From Geotalea daltonii FRC-32 (lineage in GTDB: Bacteria; Desulfobacterota; Desulfuromonadia; Geobacterales; Geobacteraceae): a DNA stretch of 32,000 nt. The position numbers were made by a program, and so were the translations under genes. Below the pieces are notes generated by a model. That model did not search any database. It was not told the origin of the DNA and worked only from the letters and a program-made list of their open reading frames with translations. Each line of letters starts with the position of its first letter. The first letter of the stretch is position 1. Shown here piece after piece: positions 1-7,698 of this stretch. Location of the stretch: assembly GCF_000022265.1 (NCBI RefSeq), contig NC_011979.1:4140001-4172000 (forward strand), read 5' to 3'.

Positions 1-1223
1 GTGAGCGCATTTCCAAGGAACTGGCGGTGGGTAAACCAACTACGGCAGATCTGGACGAAGCGTTGAATTTCATTGGCAACGGCATTACCGCCGCTGAAGA
101 GAAAAGCCTCGACCTGGAGATGGAGAAGGCTAAGGTCAAGGAAAAGATCGATGCCCTGACCAGTGAGCTGGAAGCCGGCCGCGGTACTGCCAGGAAAGAG
201 GCGAAGGTGGTGGAAGTAACGGTGGAAGTCGCAAAGGCTGGAAGTCTTACCCTTGAGCTGTCCGGGGTTGTAAGCCATGCCGGATGGGAGCCGGCCTACG
301 ATGCACGATTGGCCGGTGATGCAAAATCAGTAGAGTTTACTTTTAAGGGCCAGGTCCGGCAGCAAACCGGCGAGGACTGGAATAATGTGGATCTATACCT
401 TTCCACGGCACGACCGGCCATTGGGGGGAATCCCCCCTCCCTCTATCCGTGGCGCCTGTCCTTTTATCGCCCCATGCCAGTATATCCCGCGGCAGCAGCC
501 ATGGCAGCGCCTGCCTATAGAAGTAAGGCTCAGGTGCTGAAAGAAGAAAGATTTGACGAGGCGCCGGAGGCTGAGGAACAGGCACAGCATTTGACAGCCG
601 ATGTGGGTCAAGAGCAGACTTCGCTCCTCTTTCATATCCGCCGCCCTGTAGATATTCCCTCCGACGGCACCAGCCATGGGACGACGGTGGCCATTGAAAA
701 ACTGCCGGTGCAGGTGGATTACCTGGCGATCCCCAAACTTTCCCCATATGCCTACCTCAGGTCCCAGATCATCAACGGTGCTGCCTATCCTCTTCTTCCC
801 GGCAAGGTCAATATCTTCACCGGGGGTAATTTCATCGGCTCCGGACACCTGCGGAAGGTGGCAGCCGGTGAGAAGTTCGAGCTGTTCTTCGGGGTGGATG
901 ATCAGGTTTCCATCAAGCGGGAAGAGTTGAAGCGCCACAAGGAGGCAGGGCTGTTCGGCAAGAATCGCCAGACATACGGCTATAAAATCGAGGTCACCAA
1001 TTATCGCAGGGAAGCAACTACCATCGTCATTAACGATCAACTACCCTTACCCGGCGATGAGGAAATAAAGGTCACCCTTGGAGAGCCCAGCATAAAGCCA
1101 GAAGAAATAAAAACGGACGGAACCCTTGTCTGGAAACTGCCGGTTGATCCTGGAACAAAGCGGGAAATATCCTTCAGCATTCAGGTGGAATATCCGAAGG
1201 ATCGGGAGGTAAGCGGCTTGTAG
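1..1223 (+). CDS. DUF4139 / MuiA (mucoidy-inhibitor)-like family protein, 5'-truncated by the window edge
   Basis: The frame-3 reading frame is open from nt 3, with no stop before the listed Met at 27, so the gene enters from the left edge. The stop is TAG at 1221-1223. A coiled-coil-like stretch (EEKSLDLEMEKAKVKEKIDALTSELE) is followed by a beta-rich region with WEPAYDARL and YLSTARPA, which I recognise as DUF4139/TIGR02231-type architecture. The assignment is from memory, not a search. Confidence 0.7.
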   Translation, partial: ERISKELAVGKPTTADLDEALNFIGNGITAAEEKSLDLEMEKAKVKEKIDALTSELEAGRGTARKEAKVVEVTVEVAKAGSLTLELSGVVSHAGWEPAYDARLAGDAKSVEFTFKGQVRQQTGEDWNNVDLYLSTARPAIGGNPPSLYPWRLSFYRPMPVYPAAAAMAAPAYRSKAQVLKEERFDEAPEAEEQAQHLTADVGQEQTSLLFHIRRPVDIPSDGTSHGTTVAIEKLPVQVDYLAIPKLSPYAYLRSQIINGAAYPLLPGKVNIFTGGNFIGSGHLRKVAAGEKFELFFGVDDQVSIKREELKRHKEAGLFGKNRQTYGYKIEVTNYRREATTIVINDQLPLPGDEEIKVTLGEPSIKPEEIKTDGTLVWKLPVDPGTKREISFSIQVEYPKDREVSGL

Positions 1224-1253
1224 AAAGCCAGACATCGGTAACCGTAACCTGCA

Positions 1254-1287
1254 AGAAAAAAAAGGGTCCGGAAAACTTCCCGGACCC
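1254..1287 (-). terminator. Rho-independent terminator closing the hdr-flx operon
   Basis: Read on the minus strand, the sequence is GGGTCCGG-GAAGTTTT-CCGGACCC followed by TTTTTTTT. That is a perfect 8-bp GC-rich stem plus a U-tract, about 33 nt downstream of the flxA-like stop at 1320. Confidence 0.75.
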
Positions 1288-1319
1288 AAACCCCTCCAAC
1301 AAACTCTCAGTCACCAGCC

Positions 1320-2165
1320 TCAGAACTCCTGAGGCATGGCCTTGACCTGGGCAGCAGTGAATACTGGTCCATCCTTGCAGACGTAGACATTGCCCACATT
1401 GCACCGGCCGCATTTCCCCAGTCCGCATTTCATACGATTTTCCAAGGTCGTATAAATGGCGTCATCCTTGAAGCCCAGCTTTTCCAGCACCGGCAGGGTA
1501 AATTTGATCATAATCGGCGGGCCACAGACCAGGCCAATCGTGTTTTCTGCGGCAGGGGCGGCCTCTTCCAGGATGGTGGGCACAAAGCCGACCTTGCCGT
1601 CCCATTCAGGGCCATTTCCACCCGGATCCACCGTCTTCACCAGCTTCACGTCCCCCCGCTCCTGCCAATCCTTCAATTCCTGCTTATAGACAAGATCGGC
1701 CTCGGTGCGGGCACCATAGACTATGGTGATGTCGCCGAACTTGTCACGCCAGTCGAGACAGTTCCAGATCACTGTCCGTAAGGGGGGAAGCGCTATTCCT
1801 CCCGCCACAAAAACCAGGTTCTTGCCGAAGAACTGCTCGATGGGAAAGGAGTTGCCGTAGGGGCCGCGCACGCCGATGGTTTCACCCACCTCAAGCCGGC
1901 GCAGGGCTTCGGTAACCCTACCGGTGGCCCTGAAACAACACTCGACGAAACCCTTGCGGGTGGGGGAAGAGGCGATGCAGAAAGTGGACTCGCCGGCGCC
2001 AAAAGCAGAGTACTCGGCGAACTGGCCGGCGCGGAAGGAAAATGTATCCCTTACCTGCTCGTCCTGGAACACCAGCCGCAAGGTGCGCACGTCCGGGGTT
2101 TCATCGATGATCGATTCGATGGTGACGAGATACGGTCTATAGATATTTTTGTTGTGATCGCACAT
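1320..2165 (-). CDS. flxA: FAD/NAD(P)-binding oxidoreductase with C-terminal [2Fe-2S] site (FlxA-like; AsrB / hydrogenase-gamma / PyrK family)
   Basis: It has a ferredoxin-reductase-type layout: RAGQF..S FAD motif, FVAGGIALPP nucleotide-binding motif, and a C-terminal Cys cluster CGLGKCGRCNVGNVYVC. It is the last gene of the co-directional hdr-flx cluster. I prefer ATG at 2165 (AAGG about 7 nt upstream) over the track's GTG at 2183, because 2183 lies inside the palindromic repeat element 2178-2312. Confidence 0.85.
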   Translation of the reverse strand: MCDHNKNIYRPYLVTIESIIDETPDVRTLRLVFQDEQVRDTFSFRAGQFAEYSAFGAGESTFCIASSPTRKGFVECCFRATGRVTEALRRLEVGETIGVRGPYGNSFPIEQFFGKNLVFVAGGIALPPLRTVIWNCLDWRDKFGDITIVYGARTEADLVYKQELKDWQERGDVKLVKTVDPGGNGPEWDGKVGFVPTILEEAAPAAENTIGLVCGPPIMIKFTLPVLEKLGFKDDAIYTTLENRMKCGLGKCGRCNVGNVYVCKDGPVFTAAQVKAMPQEF

Positions 2166-2177
2166 AAGATGCCTTTT

Positions 2178-2312
2178 CACCACGAAGGCACGAAGGGCAA
2201 GAAGAAATCATCTCAGGATAAAAACAAATGTCAAAACGGTTTTGCCTTTGATCCTGATTGTCCTGAATTGTGTCTTTCGTCTTTCCTTTGTGCTCTTCGT
2301 GTCTTCGTGGTG
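2178..2312. repeat. Palindromic intergenic element with CACGAAG-repeat arms, copy 1 (MITE/REP-like, no coding capacity)
   Basis: The left arm is caccacgaaggcacgaagggcaagaag. The right arm ends ...ctcttcgtgtcttcgtggtg, which is its imperfect reverse complement. It fills the flxB-flxA spacer and belongs to the same family as the elements at 4885, 5188 and 5491. Confidence 0.75.
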
Positions 2313-2315
2313 GAT

Positions 2316-3320
2316 TTATTGTTTTTGAATCTTCTCCAGGACCGCCTTGATATCGATCCCCACGGGGCAATGCCGGATGCATCTGCCACAGCCGGTACAG
2401 AGGGTCTGGCCGAACTTGTCACCGTAGTACTTGAATTTGTGCATGATCCGGTTTCGGTAGCGCTTGTTCTGGATATCGCGGGGATTGTGGCCCGAGGCGT
2501 GGTTGGTGAACTTGCCGAAGCCGCAGGCATCCCAGCTCTTCCGCCGTGCTCCCTTGGCATCAGTCCCCTCATCGACGATATCGAAGCAATGGCAGACCGG
2601 GCAGAGGAAGGCACAGGCGCCGCAGCCGGCACAGCGATCGGCGATCTCCTGCCAGAGAGGGCTTTCAAAGTTTTCAGTAAGCCAGGTCTTGATCTCGGCC
2701 AAATCCAGGCGAAACGCCACAGGTTCCGACACAGGCAGCGGCTTTGTTTCCCCCTGCTCACCGAAAAGCGATGCATATCGACCCAGAAAAGCCTTCCCCT
2801 TTTCCGTGAAACCATCACAGGCATAGCCTCCTTCGGTCAAGGGGGTAAGAAAAAGATCCGACCCTTTGCTGTCCTGGGGAGAGAGTCCTGTAGCCGTACA
2901 GAAACATGCGTCGTCAGCAGTGGCACAGGCCAACCCGATGATGGTGGTCTTACGGCGGCGCTCAAGGAAAAACTCGTCGTTGTAATCCCAGGTGAAAACG
3001 GCATCGAGAATGGAAGGCGCAGCAGCATCGCAGGGACGCGCCCCAACAAGAACGGTCTCGGGAAAAGCGGCCACATCCACATCTGCCACCTTTACCCCAT
3101 CACAGTTTCTCTCATAGGTGAGGATGGTTTCGCAGAGGGGGAAGAAGGTCTCCTTGGCCGAGCGTCGTGGCAGAGTGCCAAGTGCCAGTTGCTCGCCACT
3201 GTCAAGCGGCTCGTAAAGGATTATGCTGCCGCTCTGCCTGGGCGCAACAACGCGTGTCCCCTCTTTGATGAGGATATCGATAAGGATACAGAGGTTCTGG
3301 TCAGTAATCGTTTTCTGCAT
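2316..3320 (-). CDS. flxB: Iron-sulfur protein with two 4Fe-4S ferredoxin motifs (FlxB-like; AsrA / hydrogenase-beta-like)
   Basis: 334-aa ORF with CAGCGACAFLCPVCHC and CTGCGRCIRHCP cluster motifs. AGGAAACAAA precedes ATG 3320. It sits between the flxC-like and flxA-like genes. Confidence 0.85.
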   Translation of the reverse strand: MQKTITDQNLCILIDILIKEGTRVVAPRQSGSIILYEPLDSGEQLALGTLPRRSAKETFFPLCETILTYERNCDGVKVADVDVAAFPETVLVGARPCDAAAPSILDAVFTWDYNDEFFLERRRKTTIIGLACATADDACFCTATGLSPQDSKGSDLFLTPLTEGGYACDGFTEKGKAFLGRYASLFGEQGETKPLPVSEPVAFRLDLAEIKTWLTENFESPLWQEIADRCAGCGACAFLCPVCHCFDIVDEGTDAKGARRKSWDACGFGKFTNHASGHNPRDIQNKRYRNRIMHKFKYYGDKFGQTLCTGCGRCIRHCPVGIDIKAVLEKIQKQ

Positions 3321-3330
3321 TTTGTTTCCT

Positions 3331-3388
3331 GTAGGGGCAACCCCCTGTGGTTGCCCGGATGATGGGCGGCTACGGGTAGCCGCCCTAC
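3331..3388. repeat. REP-like double-hairpin element (GTAGGGGC...GCCCTAC type), copy 1
   Basis: The sequence is gtaggggcaaccccctgtggttgccc...gggcggctacgggtagccgccctac. It has two internal GC-rich hairpins (GGGCAACC/GGTTGCCC and GGGCGGCTAC/GTAGCCGCCC) bracketed by GTAGGG/CCCTAC. It occupies almost the whole 72-bp flxC-flxB spacer. Confidence 0.7.
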
Positions 3389-3392
3389 GAAA

Positions 3393-4340
3393 TTATTTGA
3401 TGAAACTCTGGTCGTCATTATCTTTATACTCTGCCAGCGGCCCCTTCTCCACTGGAGTGAGCCCAGCCTCGAAGTCATAGAGTGCCTTCAGCTCCTTGGC
3501 CATTTTCCGGTTAAGGAGGTTCAAGGGGATATCCATGGGGCAGGCCCGTTCGCATTCGGCACAACCGGCGCAGCGTCCTGCCAGGTGCATGGCACGGACG
3601 ATGTGCCAGGCTGTGTTCCCTGCCGGACGAGGTGTTGTCTCCACTGCCTGTGGACGGTTACGGTCGCACATGCACTGCTCGCAGTAGCAGAAAGGGCAGA
3701 CCTGGCGGCAGGCCAGGCAGCGAATGCAGCGGGAAAAGTGCTCCTTCCAGAAGGCCCAGCGCTCCCCAGGGGTCATCGCCTCCAGCCGTGCCAGCTCTTC
3801 GCCCTCCAGCGGGGTCAGTTCCGGCAGGTCAGGGGTTGTTCCCACAATGAGATCAGCCCCTTCAGGTGTATGGACGGAGCACTCGCGGCACTTGCGCGAA
3901 ATGTTTCCGGCGGTAAGCGGCTCACTGTTCGCAGGTCCGTTCCCTTTTACCCCGGCGCAGGCGACGCCAATGATATAGAGATCCTCCCTTTTGAGCTGTG
4001 ATTCACCCAAGAGCCCTGCCAGGGCCCGCATGTCGCATCCCTTGGCGACGATGGCTATCTTGCCGGCTCGGCGGATCTCTTTCTTGGCCTTGGTCAGGTA
4101 GAGGGCCAGGTTGTTGACGCAAGCCGGCGAGAAGATGAGTTCACTGGCCTTAGCCGGATCGGTAATGATATGGGGGATTGCGGTGCCGGCCAGGCGACCG
4201 GCCTTATAGCCGATGACGGCTGTGACGCTGCCGCCGGCAAGCAGTTTGGCCGCTTCCTTCCCGATGATTTCGCTGGTGGCGGCGTACCCGGTGGTATCGA
4301 TGGAGGGGGTTACTGCGATTTTTTCTGCCGTATTGTTCAT
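3393..4340 (-). CDS. flxC: Iron-sulfur protein with two 4Fe-4S motifs (FlxC-like)
   Basis: 315-aa ORF with CIRCLACRQVCPFCYC and CAGCAECERACP motifs. GAAGG lies 6 nt before ATG 4340. It is positioned between the mvhD-like and flxB-like genes. Confidence 0.85.
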   Translation of the reverse strand: MNNTAEKIAVTPSIDTTGYAATSEIIGKEAAKLLAGGSVTAVIGYKAGRLAGTAIPHIITDPAKASELIFSPACVNNLALYLTKAKKEIRRAGKIAIVAKGCDMRALAGLLGESQLKREDLYIIGVACAGVKGNGPANSEPLTAGNISRKCRECSVHTPEGADLIVGTTPDLPELTPLEGEELARLEAMTPGERWAFWKEHFSRCIRCLACRQVCPFCYCEQCMCDRNRPQAVETTPRPAGNTAWHIVRAMHLAGRCAGCAECERACPMDIPLNLLNRKMAKELKALYDFEAGLTPVEKGPLAEYKDNDDQSFIK

Positions 4341-4370
4341 GTATAACCTTCAGTACGAGTCTTTCCAGCT

Positions 4371-4871
4371 TTAGATGCTACCATAGGCCTCTTGCAGCTC
4401 CGGTGTGTCCAGTGCCCCTGACCAGTGTTCCTCTGTCTCCAGTTCCTTGAATTCGGTCATCGGCCCCAGCACTCTGATTCGCTCGGTCAGTTCCGTTACC
4501 ACCTCCACCCATTTCCCCCCCTCGGCAGCCGATACCCAGGAAAACTGGAGACGATTGAGATCGACACCGACAAACTCCAGCAGTTGACGAAAGGCGGCAA
4601 AGCGGCGGCGGGCATGAAAATTCCCCGCCATGTAATGGCAGTCGCCAGGATGGCAGCCGGAGACCAGCACCCCATCAGCACCGCGCTGGAAGGCACGAAG
4701 GATAAAAACCGGATCGATGCGCCCCGTGCAGGGGAATTTCAGCACCCGGACGTTGGCCGGATACTGCATGCGGCTTGTCCCCGCCAGGTCCGCCCCGGCG
4801 TAGGTGCACCAGGTGCAGACGAAGGCGACGATTTTTGGTTCGAGCTCATGATGTTGTTTTTCTGGATGCAT
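4371..4871 (-). CDS. flxD: Methyl-viologen-reducing hydrogenase delta subunit (MvhD) family protein (FlxD-like)
   Basis: 166-aa ORF with the MvhD Cys pattern (VCTWCTY, FPCTGR, VSGCHPGDCHY), immediately downstream of hdrA in the operon. Its first ~32 codons are part of the 303-bp tandem repeat. Confidence 0.9.
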   Translation of the reverse strand: MHPEKQHHELEPKIVAFVCTWCTYAGADLAGTSRMQYPANVRVLKFPCTGRIDPVFILRAFQRGADGVLVSGCHPGDCHYMAGNFHARRRFAAFRQLLEFVGVDLNRLQFSWVSAAEGGKWVEVVTELTERIRVLGPMTEFKELETEEHWSGALDTPELQEAYGSI

Positions 4872-4884
4872 GATTAAAACCTTT

Positions 4885-5011
4885 CACCACGAAGACACGA
4901 AGGACACGAAGAAATCAAAAACTTTTTAGGTGTAAAGCCAAGCCATAGGATCTATCCGGCTTTTTGTTCCGTCTTTCGCCTTCCTTCGTGCTCTTCGTGC
5001 CCTTCGTGGTG
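4885..5011. repeat. Palindromic CACGAAG-arm element, copy 2
   Basis: The arms are caccacgaagacacgaaggacacgaag ... cttcgtgctcttcgtgcccttcgtggtg. They are about 28 nt long, nearly complementary, and each is built from about three 8-9-nt CACGAAG units. Confidence 0.8.
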
Positions 5012-5036
5012 GATTTGTTATCTTACAACGCCTCTA

Positions 5037-5174
5037 TCATGGCAATGATCTGTTCATCGGTATAGCCGTCCAATTCCATGTCCCCGCCAGGTCCGCCCCG
5101 GCGTAGGTGCACCAGGTGCAGACAAAGGCGACGATTTTTGGTTCGAGCTCGTGATGTTGTTTTTCTGGATGCAT
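5037..5174 (-). pseudogene. Chimeric 45-codon ORF: mvhD codons 1-32 fused out of frame to a duplicated hdrA 3' end
   Basis: My hand translation of the minus strand gives MHPEKQHHELEPKIVAFVCTWCTYAGADLAGTWNWTAIPMNRSLP*. ATG is at 5174-5172 and TGA at 5039-5037. It is below the ORF-track length cutoff. It is a product of the tandem duplication. Confidence 0.55.
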
Positions 5175-5187
5175 GATTAAAACCTTT

Positions 5188-5313
5188 CACCACGAAGACA
5201 CGAAGGACACGAAGAAATCAAAAACTTTTTAGGTGTAAAGCCAAGCCATAGGATCTATCCGGCTTTTTGTTCCGTCTTTCGCCTTCCTTCGTGCTCTTCG
5301 TGCCTTCGTGGTG
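5188..5313. repeat. Palindromic CACGAAG-arm element, copy 3
   Basis: Near-identical to copy 2 and located within the second 303-bp unit. Confidence 0.8.
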
Positions 5314-5339
5314 GATTTGTTTTTCCTACAACGCCTCTA

Positions 5340-5477
5340 TCATGGCAATGATCTGTTCATCGGTATAGCCGTCCAATTCCATGTCCCCGCCAGGTCCGCC
5401 CCGGCGTAGGTGCACCAGGTGCAGACAAAGGCGACGATTTTTGGTTCGAGCTCGTGATGTTGTTTTTCTGGATGCAT
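5340..5477 (-). pseudogene. Chimeric 45-codon ORF (second copy): mvhD 5' fragment fused to a duplicated hdrA 3' end
   Basis: Same predicted peptide as 5037-5174. ATG is at 5477-5475 and TGA at 5342-5340. It lies directly downstream of the real hdrA stop and element copy 4. Confidence 0.55.
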
Positions 5478-5490
5478 GATTAAAACCTTT

Positions 5491-5601
5491 CACCACGAAG
5501 ACACGAAGGACACGAAGAAATCAAAAACTTTTAGCTCAGGATCTATCCGGCTTTTTGTTCCGTCTTTCGCCTTCCTTCGTGCTCTTCGTGCCTTCGTGGT
5601 G
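5491..5601. repeat. Palindromic CACGAAG-arm element, copy 4 (central deletion)
   Basis: The arms match copies 2 and 3. The central loop is 16 bp shorter (aaaaacttttagctcaggatc versus aaaaactttttaggtgtaaagccaagccataggatc). Confidence 0.8.
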
Positions 5602-5613
5602 GATTTGTTTTTC

Positions 5614-7611
5614 CTACAACGCCTCTATCATGGCAATGATCTGTTCATCGGTATAGCCGTCCAATTCCACACTCTTGGACGGACAGGTGGCCTGGCAGGT
5701 GCCGCAGCCGCCGCAGACGCCGGGATTAACATAGGCGACGACCCTTATCAGGTTCCCCTGGCGGTCCCTGATTTCCTTCTCTTCGATGGCGCCATAGGGG
5801 CAGACTTTCTTACAGTAAAAACAGCCGACACAATTTTTCTCGTTGACCCGGGCCACGATCGGCTCCCGCTCCAGCTGATCCTTGGCGAAAAGGGTCATCA
5901 CCTTGGCCGCTGCTGCCGAAGCCTGACTCACCGTATCGGGTATATCCTTCGGCCCCTGGCAGGCTCCGGCCAGATAGATGCCGGCCGTGGCGCACTCCAC
6001 CGGTCTGAGTTTCGCGTGGGCTTCGGAGTAGAAATTGTATTTGTCGTAGGAAATACCAAGCTTCTGGGCCAGGCTGTCAGCGCCGGGCTGGGCCTGGACT
6101 GCCGTCGCCAATACCACCAGGTCGGCCTCGATTTCCACCTGTACCCCGACCAGGGTATCGCTCCCCATAACCACCACCTTGTCCCCCTTCTGGTAGAGCC
6201 GGGAAACCATGCCGCGTATATAGACCGCCTCCTCTTCCTCCACCGCCCGCCGCCAAAACTCATCATAGCTCTTGCCGGGGGTGCGGGCATCCATATAGAA
6301 GACGTAAGCCTGGCCGTCGTGAACCTTGTGGTGGTAAAGCATGGTATGCTTGGCAGTGTACATGCAGCAGATCTTGGAGCAGTAGGAAATGCCCTTTTCC
6401 CTGGCCCTGCTGCCAACGCACTGGATGAAAACCACCTGCTTAGGTTCCTTGCCGTCTGAAGGACGGAGGATTTTTCCGCCCGTAGGGCCGGATGCACTGG
6501 CGAGGCGTTCGAAAGTCAAGCCGTCGATGACATCAGGGATGGTGCCGTAACCGAATTCGCCATAACCTTCGATGGGGCTTACTTCCGGCTTCCGATCAAT
6601 GGAGTAGAGGTCGAACCCGGTGGCAACAACGATGGCGCCGACCGGCTCCATTACAAGCTGGTCCTGCTGTTCGAAATCTATGGCCTGGGGTCCGCATACC
6701 TTGGCACAGAGGCCGCATTTACCGGCTCTGAACTTGAGGCAGTTTTCCCGGTCGATTACCGGCGTATTGGGTACCGCCTGGGGAAAGGGGACATAAATGG
6801 CAGAGCGCAGGCCCAGATCCTGGTCGAATTTGTTGGGGATTTTCTTCTGCGGGCATTTGGCCATGCAGATACCGCAGCCGGTGCACGTATCCTCATCAAC
6901 AGAGCGGGCCTTTTTGCGGATGGTGACGGAGAAGTTGCCGATATAGCCATCGATGCTTTCGATCTCCGACCAGGTGTAGAGCTTTATGTTGGGATGATTG
7001 GCGGCATCGACCATCTTCGGCGTCATGATGCATTGGGAACAGTCAAGGGTGGGAAAGGTCTCGGAAAGCTGGGCCATATGGCCACCGATTGAAGGCTCGC
7101 GCTCGACGAGCACCACCTGGTGTCCGGCGTCGGCGATGTCCAGGGCAGCCTGGATGCCGGCAATACCGCCGCCGATGACCAGCGAACGCTTGGTGACCGG
7201 GACGGTGATCGGTTCCAATGATTTTCCCCGCTTCACCCGCTCCACCATCAGCCGGACCATATCGCTCGCCTTGGCCGTCGCTTCTTCCCGGTCCTCATGA
7301 ACCCATGAGCAGTGCTCGCGGATGTTGGCCATGTCGCACATGAACGGGTTGAGGCCAGCTGCCTGGGCCGCCTTGCGGAAGGTCTTCTCATGCATGCGCG
7401 GACTGCAAGCCGCGACGACGATACCGGTGAGTTTGTGCTCGGCCACGGCCTTTTTCAGCAAGTTCTGCCCAGGATCGGAGCACATGTACTTATATTCGGT
7501 GGCGTAGGCAACGCCGGGCAGCCTGCCTGCAGAAGCTGCAACCCGCTCCACGTCTACAGTTCGGGAGATGTTCTCTCCACAGTGACAAATGAATACGCCG
7601 ATTCTTGACAT
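5614..7611 (-). CDS. hdrA: Heterodisulfide reductase subunit A (HdrA), FAD- and FeS-containing
   Basis: 665 aa. It has the N-terminal CHCGENI motif, the dinucleotide fold VIGGGIAGIQAALDIA, and four ferredoxin-type motifs (CTGCGICMAKCP, CGLCAKVCGP, CVGCFYCKKVCP, CGGCGTCQATCP). GAGGA lies 8 nt before ATG 7611. Confidence 0.95.
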   Translation of the reverse strand: MSRIGVFICHCGENISRTVDVERVAASAGRLPGVAYATEYKYMCSDPGQNLLKKAVAEHKLTGIVVAACSPRMHEKTFRKAAQAAGLNPFMCDMANIREHCSWVHEDREEATAKASDMVRLMVERVKRGKSLEPITVPVTKRSLVIGGGIAGIQAALDIADAGHQVVLVEREPSIGGHMAQLSETFPTLDCSQCIMTPKMVDAANHPNIKLYTWSEIESIDGYIGNFSVTIRKKARSVDEDTCTGCGICMAKCPQKKIPNKFDQDLGLRSAIYVPFPQAVPNTPVIDRENCLKFRAGKCGLCAKVCGPQAIDFEQQDQLVMEPVGAIVVATGFDLYSIDRKPEVSPIEGYGEFGYGTIPDVIDGLTFERLASASGPTGGKILRPSDGKEPKQVVFIQCVGSRAREKGISYCSKICCMYTAKHTMLYHHKVHDGQAYVFYMDARTPGKSYDEFWRRAVEEEEAVYIRGMVSRLYQKGDKVVVMGSDTLVGVQVEIEADLVVLATAVQAQPGADSLAQKLGISYDKYNFYSEAHAKLRPVECATAGIYLAGACQGPKDIPDTVSQASAAAAKVMTLFAKDQLEREPIVARVNEKNCVGCFYCKKVCPYGAIEEKEIRDRQGNLIRVVAYVNPGVCGGCGTCQATCPSKSVELDGYTDEQIIAMIEAL

Positions 7612-7624
7612 TTATACGTTCCTC

Positions 7625-7698
7625 GTAGGGGCGACCCTGTGTGGTCGCCCTGCCCATGCGGTCGACCGTTCAGGGCAGGCACACGGGCCTGCCCCTAC
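7625..7698. repeat. REP-like double-hairpin element (GTAGGGGC...GCCCCTAC type), copy 2
   Basis: The sequence is gtaggggcgaccctgtgtggtcgccc ... gggcaggcacacgggcctgcccctac, with hairpins GGGCGACC/GGTCGCCC and GGGCAGGC/GCCTGCCC. It fills the hdrB-hdrA spacer, and the hdrB stop codon (7695-7697) lies inside its last arm. Confidence 0.7.

Larger units (their letters stand above)
4777..5669. repeat. Tandem triplication (303 + 303 + 287 bp) of the hdrA-3'end / intergenic element / mvhD-5'end junction
   Basis: The unit starts gtccccgccaggtccgcc at 4777, 5080 and 5383, giving an exact 303-nt period. Each unit contains mvhD codons 1-32, one CACGAAG palindromic element and the last ~18 codons of hdrA. 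Copy 3 has a 16-bp internal deletion. The copies differ at only a few positions. Confidence 0.95.

Noticed and set aside
2154-3362. 402-aa plus-strand ORF
   Set aside because: It is entirely antisense to the well-supported flxB-like gene. It begins and ends in translated repeat elements (HHEGTKGKK..., ...CRGNPLWLPG) and has a low-complexity Ala/Gly/Leu composition with no motifs.
5025-5079. 18-codon ORF MELDGYTDEQIIAMIEAL* created at each repeat junction (also at 5328-5382)
   Set aside because: It is just the duplicated hdrA tail, with the native GTG (Val) changed to ATG at the junction. It has no RBS and is too short to support as a gene. It is described under the triplication finding.
4777-5669. 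Could the 303-bp repeats (or the 366-bp repeats at 13228-14325) be a CRISPR array?
   Set aside because: The periods are 303 and 366 bp with no short repeat/unique spacer alternation. The units are whole duplicated gene segments, and no cas genes are present.
5476-6459. 327-aa plus-strand ORF
   Set aside because: It starts inside CACGAAG element copy 4 (HHEDTKDTKK) and runs antisense to hdrA, which has unmistakable FAD/FeS motifs. It is a shadow ORF of a GC-rich gene.
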